A DNA stretch of 32,000 nucleotides from Promethearchaeota archaeon (GTDB lineage Archaea; Asgardarchaeota; Lokiarchaeia; Sigyniarchaeales; SOKP01): the NCBI GenBank assembly GCA_030606485.1, contig JAUWGH010000008.1:120001-152000 (forward strand). Direction: 5' to 3'. A model generated the notes under the pieces. It was given only the letters and a program-made list of their open reading frames with translations. It ran no database searches and was not told where the DNA came from. Below, one piece after another: positions 1 through 6,122 of this stretch. How positions within the stretch are numbered: position 1 is the stretch's first letter; every line of letters begins with the position of its first letter. Made by a program: the position numbers and the translations under genes.

Positions 1-402
1 AATGCTGTTATAACAGCGGAGGCTTTAGGAATCGGTTCATGTTATATTGGAGATATTGTTGAAAATATTGAAATTCATCGTAAAATGTTTAATCTTACTC
101 GATGGGTATTTCCTATAATAATGGTCTGTTTTGGGTACCCAAAAGGCAATAAGGAAAAGATTCCTTTAACACCCAGATTTTCTCAAAAATTTATCCATTT
201 TACCAACAAGTACAATAGATTAAATGAGCAAGATTTTACTGAAATGTTTCAAAATGTGAAGAGAAGTTATGATGTAAAACAAGCTAAGAATTTAGGCCAA
301 AAATTTTATTTTGCAAAGTTAGCGGCGGATTATTCTATGGAAATGCGACGATCAGTTAAAGTAGCCATTAAAGATTGGAGTATGAAAAATAATAATATAT
401 AA
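1..402 (+). CDS. Nitroreductase-family flavin oxidoreductase, 5'-partial (runs off window start)
   Basis: Frame 1 is open from base 1: NAVITAEALGIGSCYIGDIVEN...FPIIMVCFGYP matches the nitroreductase/NfrA-type 'AAESLGLGxCYIG...LGYP' signature. The ORF track start at 85 is an internal Met. Confidence 0.8.
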   Translation, partial: NAVITAEALGIGSCYIGDIVENIEIHRKMFNLTRWVFPIIMVCFGYPKGNKEKIPLTPRFSQKFIHFTNKYNRLNEQDFTEMFQNVKRSYDVKQAKNLGQKFYFAKLAADYSMEMRRSVKVAIKDWSMKNNNI

Positions 403-443
403 ATTAAATTTCTGAAAATATTTAATAAAAGAGGGATAAAAGA

Positions 444-1325
444 ATGAGTGAATATTCAAAAGATTATACGATTGGTGAGATGATAACTGTTTTAATGGCA
501 AGGGAAGTTAGAAATGATGATGTTATGATTGTTGGAGTTGCTACACCTTGTGTATGGGCAGCATTTACACTGGCAAAATTAACACATGCTCCAGATGCTA
601 TTTATCATTATATCATGGGAAATACTTTTGTTTTTGAACCTCGTCAAGTTTCATTACTTTATTTAGAGATGAATACAGCAAGAGCATATAGATTTCAAAA
701 TACAGGTGAATGTACTCTGGAAAGCTTACCTTCTGATAAACTTACTACAATAGAGTTCTTTAGACCTGCTCAAATTGACCAATATGGAAATACAAACAAT
801 GTTTGCATTGGTGATTGGAATAGACCAAAGATTAGACTTCCTGGATGCGCAGGCATAGCTGACTTTAGCATGTTTTATTCTCGTGGCTCTTTCCTCTACA
901 CACCAAGACATGATACGCGAACTTTCGTTCCAATAGAGAAACTTTACTTTATCTCGGGAGTTGGTTTCCCTAACGGAAAGCCAAGCATTTGTGGTGGTGC
1001 TGGACCCCAATGTGTAATAACTAATTTAGCGTATTTAAATTTTGATGGAAAGGTTAAGCGGATGAAAATCGCATCAATTCATCCTGGCATAGACATTGAG
1101 ACCATAAAAAATTCTACTGGTTTTGATTTAATCATTCCTGATAATTTGAAAGAAACGAAACCGCCTACTGTAAAAGAAATAAAACTTTTGAGAGAAAAAG
1201 TAGATCCATTAGGCATAAGGAAGTTAGAAATTTTCTCAGGTAAGGAACGAGAAGAATTGTTAGATGTGATTATAGAAAAAGAATTAGCAATGAAAAAAAG
1301 GTTTCCAAAATTACTTAATAATTAA
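444..1325 (+). CDS. Family I CoA-transferase beta-subunit-like protein (GctB/IpdB-like)
   Basis: Motifs 'EMITVLMAREV', 'THAPD', 'FFRPAQIDQYGNTN', 'RLPGCAGIAD', 'FISGVG', 'VITNLAYL', 'SIHPGI..IKNSTGFDL' are typical of glutaconate/3-oxoadipate CoA-transferase B subunits. Confidence 0.8.
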   Translation: MSEYSKDYTIGEMITVLMAREVRNDDVMIVGVATPCVWAAFTLAKLTHAPDAIYHYIMGNTFVFEPRQVSLLYLEMNTARAYRFQNTGECTLESLPSDKLTTIEFFRPAQIDQYGNTNNVCIGDWNRPKIRLPGCAGIADFSMFYSRGSFLYTPRHDTRTFVPIEKLYFISGVGFPNGKPSICGGAGPQCVITNLAYLNFDGKVKRMKIASIHPGIDIETIKNSTGFDLIIPDNLKETKPPTVKEIKLLREKVDPLGIRKLEIFSGKEREELLDVIIEKELAMKKRFPKLLNN

Positions 1326-1625
1326 TTTTAATATCTCCACTATTTAGAGGATAAATTCATTTTTCCAGCACTTAAATAAATCAAGTTCGAAATTTTGAGT
1401 GGGATATAAAAATGGTTTTTTTTTAGCGCGTTTAATTTTGTCTCCACAAAAAAGCATAGTATGCATTTGAGAAGGGGGGTATGAATGGGAAAGAAAGGAG
1501 GAGAAAAAACCCATAATGAGGTTGTCTTTAATGAATGTCAAATATGTCTTATATTTGAAAAAAAAATCCAAAAAAAAAAAGGTAATTTAAAGAAAGTATA
1601 AGTTAAAAAAAACGCAATTTTTCAC

Positions 1626-1976
1626 TTATTTTTTTCTTTTGAATATCAAAAGGCCTATAGCCATGATACCGCCAATTATAATCCAGATTATAACAACCCA
1701 GATCCAGGCTAATTTATCACCTGGGATGTAAGGATAAAAAATCCATATAATTACCAGAATAACTGCCCAAATAACTCCAATTATTATTGTATTTTTTTTA
1801 CTTTCGCTCATGAATAATATTGTCCCCATGACACCGCCAATTATGCTCCAAATTATTGCCAACCACATCCAAAAAAATATATCCCCAGGAAAGAAAGGAA
1901 AGGAAACCCACAAAAATACTAAAATGACTACCCAAATAATTTCGATTATTTTTTTTGTTTTTTCTGTATCTCCCAT
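1626..1976 (-). CDS. Small integral membrane protein built from two internal repeats (about 4 TM helices)
   Basis: Hydrophobic Trp-rich ORF with duplicated unit IWxVILVxxWxxxPxxPGDxxxWxWxxIIWxIIGGxM. ATG at 1976 preferred over the TTG at 1991. Confidence 0.65.
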   Translation of the reverse strand: MGDTEKTKKIIEIIWVVILVFLWVSFPFFPGDIFFWMWLAIIWSIIGGVMGTILFMSESKKNTIIIGVIWAVILVIIWIFYPYIPGDKLAWIWVVIIWIIIGGIMAIGLLIFKRKK

Positions 1977-2028
1977 TATATGTATCACCAAATGAATAAT
2001 ATTATTATATTGAATTTCTTTCTATTAA

Positions 2029-2113
2029 AATATATCCAAAATCGTTAATAATAGAATAAGAGAAGAATGAAGAATATTTCAATTTGATTTTTTCATTTCA
2101 AATCTCATATTAC
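2029..2113. repeat. Direct repeat copy A: degenerate copy of meaB 3' end plus downstream U-rich region
   Basis: Ungapped hand alignment with 4572..4656 gives 73/85 identity. On the minus strand it reads NMRFEMKKSN-TGA versus NVKFEMKKSD-TAA in meaB. Confidence 0.9.
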
Positions 2114-2154
2114 AATAATATTAAGATCAATAACCCTATTTCCTATAATAATTT

Positions 2155-2937
2155 TCAATTTAGAAAACTATTTTGATTTGCACATAAAGATATTTTACGA
2201 CCTATTTTTTTAAAGGAAATTAAATTTTTTTCAAATAATTTATCGATATGATATTTTACAGAACTCCTTCTTAAATTTACTTGACGAGCAATTTTGCTAG
2301 AAAAAATTCCTGGATTCTTTTCGATAATATCTAAAATTATTAAAGAAGTTTTTGATTTCATGAGAAATATACGGGAATCATCATTCTCTTTTAGATTTAC
2401 AATATTAGGAAAAAAAACAACATATTGACCAATTTTTTCCTTTCTAATTATTCCGTATCGCATTAATACATGTAAATGCCATTGTAATTGTCCTTTTTGT
2501 AAATTACATTGTCGAAGAAGTTCATTATTATGAATACCCGGTTTTTCAAGGATTTGATTTATAATTTTTTTGCGATTTTCATTTTCAAATATATCATTAA
2601 ACGAAAGATAATAGTTAAATTGTAATGGAACTGTTTTCTTTTTAAAATAATCTCTAAATTGATTAAAAGATATTGAGATAGAAATTGAAATTAAGAATAT
2701 TATTGGAATTAATAAGAATATGATAAATAACCAATCAAAAATAGTTATTTCAATACCAAATATATCGAGAATTGATGTAATTTTGATGGATAATAAGAGA
2801 GATAGTAGAATTATTATTGAGATTATTACTATAATTTTAAAAAGGTATAATTTGCGGGAATTTTCCTTTATATTTAATTCTTTCATACTTTTTAAATAAA
2901 TATCTTTTTTTTTAATATCAATGAGAAAAAATTTCAA
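2155..2937 (-). CDS. Membrane-anchored transcriptional regulator with two tandem winged HTH domains (COG3398/ArsR-like)
   Basis: Two N-terminal hydrophobic helices, then 'NENRKKIINQILEKPGIH..EL...LQWHLHVL' and 'IILDIIEKNPGI..SKIARQVNL.RSSVKYHIDKL'. Start is TTG 2937 or ATG 2886. Confidence 0.8.
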   Translation of the reverse strand: MKFFLIDIKKKDIYLKSMKELNIKENSRKLYLFKIIVIISIIILLSLLLSIKITSILDIFGIEITIFDWLFIIFLLIPIIFLISISISISFNQFRDYFKKKTVPLQFNYYLSFNDIFENENRKKIINQILEKPGIHNNELLRQCNLQKGQLQWHLHVLMRYGIIRKEKIGQYVVFFPNIVNLKENDDSRIFLMKSKTSLIILDIIEKNPGIFSSKIARQVNLRRSSVKYHIDKLFEKNLISFKKIGRKISLCANQNSFLN

Positions 2938-2982
2938 AACTTTAAATATATTTTTCTTAATATATTTAATGTTTAGCTAAGT

Positions 2983-3576
2983 TTACTTTGCTGTTCTTGC
3001 TTTAAATATATTTAAGAATGGAAGCATAAATGAAACATTTTTTGCATATTCTAAAAATTCTCCTTCAAATTTTGCTTTTAACGATAGGTCTTCAATCTTA
3101 CCTAACATAATATAAAGAACTACCTCTGCAACCCATATGAATATTATCCATGAATAATCTACCATGATTCCAGGTACTATACTAATCGGTGATGTTGTTC
3201 GAAGGCAAAATAAAGTAAGTCCTAATGTCATAATTATTATTCCAAGGTATTGAGGATGTCGTATGTATTTATAAAGTCCCGTTATAATTAATCCATTTTT
3301 TCTATTTCGAATTAAATGAATCAAAGAATAAAGAAAAACAACTGTACCTAAGATAGTTAAGTATGATTCAGGTGAAAAAAGAAAAAAGAGAAAATCTTTC
3401 CATGCTATGCTAGGATTTATGAAGAAAAACGTCAAATATCCTATTAGTGGCAAACTCATGATTCCAAACCAAATTGTAGTATTTGGGACATATTGCAAGA
3501 TTGGAATAAAATAACCTGAGAATTTCAAAATAAAATCTTTTATTTTTTTTTCTTTATTGCATTTTTCTTCTTCCAA
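2983..3576 (-). CDS. Isoprenylcysteine carboxyl methyltransferase / PEMT-family membrane methyltransferase
   Basis: Signature 'LIITGLYKYIRHPQYLG' and 'EDLSL..KFEGEF.EY..NVSFMLP'; several TM segments; TTG start. Confidence 0.8.
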   Translation of the reverse strand: MEEEKCNKEKKIKDFILKFSGYFIPILQYVPNTTIWFGIMSLPLIGYLTFFFINPSIAWKDFLFFLFSPESYLTILGTVVFLYSLIHLIRNRKNGLIITGLYKYIRHPQYLGIIIMTLGLTLFCLRTTSPISIVPGIMVDYSWIIFIWVAEVVLYIMLGKIEDLSLKAKFEGEFLEYAKNVSFMLPFLNIFKARTAK

Positions 3577-3882
3577 TTAAACCACACTATTTTTTTAATG
3601 AAAATTCCTTGATAATCTACAATTGATTCACCTTATAAAGTTTTAAGGTGCACTTTTTAAACATTTTATATTTACGTCTAATAAAATAAATAAAACATAT
3701 TTAGATATTGATGAAAAAAGTAAACGGATGAGAGTCACAAATAGCAATGGAAAAAAGATTTCTAAAATTATTAATCTAACTCCTGAATAATAAGAAAATC
3801 TTTCGCGTGTTTTTTATTTAAAAATTTACATTTATAAAAAGATCCTAACTTAACAAATAATTAATGAATCAGATACTATAAA

Positions 3883-4245
3883 TTATTTTTCCAATGGTTT
3901 TTTAAAGATATAAGTATCACTTTTTATTATAATTTTTCCAGGTTTGGATAATATATTAATACATTCGTTTAGATTTTTCTCGATAAGTTCTCGTGCGACT
4001 TTTGGATTTCTTGGATGGAGATCAATATATATAATTCTACTTTTTAACAGGATATCGTTTTTTAAACTTAAAAAATCTGAATCAAAAGTAATTATTATGG
4101 CATTCTCATTTAATGCTATTTCAGCAACTTCTCCATTGGTTATTCCAAGTTTGTTTAGATCTTTTAAAGTTTTTACGTCATATCCAATATTAAGAATTAT
4201 ATTTTTAATTGAATGAGGTACATTTTCATCAAGTAAGAATTTCAA
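3883..4245 (-). CDS. DUF5615 PIN-like protein (putative toxin, VapC45-like)
   Basis: 'MKFLLDENVP' N-terminus and 'AIIITFDSDF' PIN acidic motifs; directly downstream of a DUF433 gene. Confidence 0.85.
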   Translation of the reverse strand: MKFLLDENVPHSIKNIILNIGYDVKTLKDLNKLGITNGEVAEIALNENAIIITFDSDFLSLKNDILLKSRIIYIDLHPRNPKVARELIEKNLNECINILSKPGKIIIKSDTYIFKKPLEK

Positions 4246-4248
4246 GTC

Positions 4249-4494
4249 TTAATGAACCTCTTCTCTAAATTTCTCTTTTAGATCAATTTGAGAAAGGTAT
4301 TTTTGAGCATCTTGGCCTAGTTTAATTATTTTAAGAAGAATTTTTCGATTTAAAGTAGGATATTCTTCTAATATTTCTTCTATTGAATAATTGAGTCCAA
4401 TTAATTCGAAAATTAAATCAACTGGAATTCGAGTTCCTTTTATTACAAGTTTTCCTCCAAGAATTTGAGGATTGTATTCAATAATATCTGACAT
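4249..4494 (-). CDS. DUF433 protein (putative antitoxin, VapB45-like)
   Basis: 'PQILGGKLVIKGTRIPV.LI.ELI..NYSIEEILEEYPTL' is the DUF433 signature; 3-bp gap to the PIN gene. Confidence 0.9.
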   Translation of the reverse strand: MSDIIEYNPQILGGKLVIKGTRIPVDLIFELIGLNYSIEEILEEYPTLNRKILLKIIKLGQDAQKYLSQIDLKEKFREEVH

Positions 4495-4571
4495 CTTTTA
4501 TCTAAGAATAATAATCAAATTCAATAATAAATATTTTCACTCCAATAATATTGAATACTAATTTTATTATT

Positions 4572-4656
4572 AATATATCCAGAATTGTGAATAATAGAAT
4601 AAAAGAAGAATAAAGAATTTTTTAATCCGATTTTTTCATTTCAAATTTAACATTAC
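4572..4656. repeat. Direct repeat copy B: last codons of meaB plus downstream region
   Basis: 73/85 identical to 2029..2113; contains the meaB stop (4622..4624) and a minus-strand pyrimidine-rich tract. Confidence 0.9.
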
Positions 4657-5599
4657 TAAATAAATCGTGAACCATATCGTAGATTTTAAATTTCTTACCT
4701 TGTAAAACAGAATTAGAAATTTTATTTAGATCATCTTCACTTATTAGACTTTCTAGAACCTTTCCTATTTTAGATGATAGTAATTCTTCTATTTTATATG
4801 CAAATCTATGTTTTTTCTTTTCTTTCAGCAATTCAGATAGCTCAAGGTGTTCTTTATGATCCATTATCTTTTCTATTAAAGAATTAACTCCTTCTCCGGT
4901 AATAGAATTTGTCATTATAACTGGTGCCCTCCAGCCACTCTGGGTAATAGTTGCATCGTCAAGCATCATTTCCATTTGCACAACAATATCTTCCCCCCCT
5001 AAATCCTTTTTATTTACAACATAAACATCTCCAACTTCAATTATTCCGGCTTTTTGTATCTGTATCGAATCTCCATACCCAGGAACCATTATTACAACTG
5101 TAGTATAAGCTAAATTATAAATATCAAATTCGGATTGACCTACACCTACAGTTTCAATTATGATAAAATCCATTCCAAAAGCTTCATACAATAAAGTTAT
5201 ATCAAAAACAGCTCGTGAAATACCACCTTTATAACCTCTTGATGCAAGGCTCCGTATAAATATATTTGGATGTAAAGAAATATCTGTCATCCTTACTCTA
5301 TCTCCTAGAAAAGCTCCTCCAGTAAAAGGTGAGGTTGGATCTACAGAAATAATTCCGATTGACTTTCCATTTTCTAATAAAATCTTTGAAAAAGCATTAA
5401 CTAAAGTGCTTTTTCCTACGCCTGGAGACCCAGTTATCCCAATAATATAAGAATCGTTTTCTGAACTATCAAAATTATTAAATATGTTAGTAGTGGTTTC
5501 AGGATTATTTTCAACAAGAGTTATAAGCCTTGCTAAGGCAATTTTATCCTTTTTTTTAAATTTCTCAATTAAAAGATCAATGTCATAATTTCGTTTCAA
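4622..5599 (-). CDS. meaB: MeaB/ArgK GTPase, chaperone of adenosylcobalamin-dependent mutases
   Basis: 'ARLITLVEN', P-loop 'GITGSPGVGKST', 'VDPTSPFTGGAFLGDRVRM', 'ETVGVGQSE', 'NKKD'; located in the mutase operon. Confidence 0.95.
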   Translation of the reverse strand: MKRNYDIDLLIEKFKKKDKIALARLITLVENNPETTTNIFNNFDSSENDSYIIGITGSPGVGKSTLVNAFSKILLENGKSIGIISVDPTSPFTGGAFLGDRVRMTDISLHPNIFIRSLASRGYKGGISRAVFDITLLYEAFGMDFIIIETVGVGQSEFDIYNLAYTTVVIMVPGYGDSIQIQKAGIIEVGDVYVVNKKDLGGEDIVVQMEMMLDDATITQSGWRAPVIMTNSITGEGVNSLIEKIMDHKEHLELSELLKEKKKHRFAYKIEELLSSKIGKVLESLISEDDLNKISNSVLQGKKFKIYDMVHDLFSNVKFEMKKSD

Positions 5600-5674
5600 A
5601 TAAAAATAACACCAAATATATCGTTTATTCTTTTTTAATTAGAGTAAGATTTAATTATTCTTAATTATTAATAA

Positions 5675-6105
5675 TTATTTTTTAGTATTTTCTACAATAA
5701 AATTAACAACATCTGCAACGACAGTTCCAGGACCATAGACATTTGCTACACCCATTTTTTTTAATGTGGGAAAATCCATCACCGGAATTACACCACCAAC
5801 AAGTATTAAAAAGTGATCTTTTACGCCTTTTTCTTTTAGGAGATTTATGACTCTTTCAGTATATACTAAGTGAGCCCCTGAATGCATACTTAAACCAATA
5901 ACATCAACATCTTCGCTAATTGCAGACTCAACGATCTGTTCGACATTTTGAAACCCTCCAAATATAACTTCCATACCAGCGTCTCTTAAGCCTCTTGAAA
6001 CAACTACGCCACCTCGCCAATGCCCGTGAGCATTTTATCCTAAGAACTTTAGAATAAATCTATGCCGGGCTTGGACATTAAAACTCTTATTTTTCTCTCA
6101 CTCAT
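5675..6105 (-). CDS. Cobalamin-binding small subunit of acyl-CoA mutase, split by a 32-nt intron (exon 1 6105..6060, exon 2 6027..5675; 132 aa spliced)
   Basis: ATG 6105 has a GAGGTG SD and reads MSERKIRVLMSKPGI-D. The downstream frame reads GHWRGGVVVSRGLRDAGMEVIFGG...VIGLSMHSGAH...VGGVIP. Joined: ...KPGIDGHWRG..., the DxHxxG motif. The ORF track (5675..5974) misses the N-terminus. The unspliced exon-1 frame stops at TAA 6051..6049. Confidence 0.9.
6028..6059 (-). other. Candidate bulge-helix-bulge (tRNA-type) intron in mRNA, 32 nt
   Basis: mRNA folds as GCCCG/CGGGC exon helix, GCAU/AUGC 4-bp central helix, 3-nt bulges AGA and UCA on opposite strands, and a 10-bp intron stem UUUAUUCUAA/UUAGGAUAAA with loop AGUUC. 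Cleavage after bulge nt 2 on each strand gives AUA-G^AC-GGG-CAU (Ile-Asp-Gly-His). Confidence 0.88.
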
Positions 6106-6111
6106 ACTTTA

Positions 6112-6117
6112 CACCTC
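6112..6117 (-). promoter_or_regulatory. Shine-Dalgarno (GAGGTG) of the intron-containing small subunit gene
   Basis: GAGGTG lies 6 nt upstream of ATG 6105, just after the large-subunit stop at 6123. Confidence 0.8.
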
Positions 6118-6122
6118 ATTCT

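Noticed and set aside
726-1010. Shadow ORFs from the track (726..1010, 1810..1995, 3944..4216, 8066..8293, 13054..13404, 13715..13906, 14532..14720, 15244..15441, 15304..15492, 15451..15639, 17975..18157, 19057..19245, 21140..21328, 23836..24060, 24956..25195, 25771..26019, 29506..29742, 30722..30919, 30762..31001)
   Set aside because: All overlap well-supported genes on the opposite strand or in another frame and carry no recognisable motifs.
1344-1571. 75-aa minus-strand ORF
   Set aside because: Low-complexity product derived from homopolymer tracts, with no motif or SD; it would run head-on into the CoA-transferase 3' end.
3647-3790. Short plus-strand open frame (...LDIDEKSKRMRVTNSNGKKISKIINLTPE-stop) in the accessory block
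   Set aside because: No convincing start or family similarity; it may be a gene fragment but cannot be supported without a homology search.
5675-5974. 99-aa ORF-track call as the complete small subunit
   Set aside because: It lacks the DxHxxG motif and the first beta-strand; the real start with a Shine-Dalgarno site is at 6105.
6028-6059. Alternative explanations for the 32-nt insertion: transposon footprint, programmed frameshift, or translational bypassing
   Set aside because: No target-site duplication flanks it. A +/-1 frameshift would insert residues between Asp and His and break the DxH spacing. Bypassing needs matched take-off and landing codons (here GAU vs CAC). Exact BHB geometry plus exact frame restoration is far better explained by splicing.
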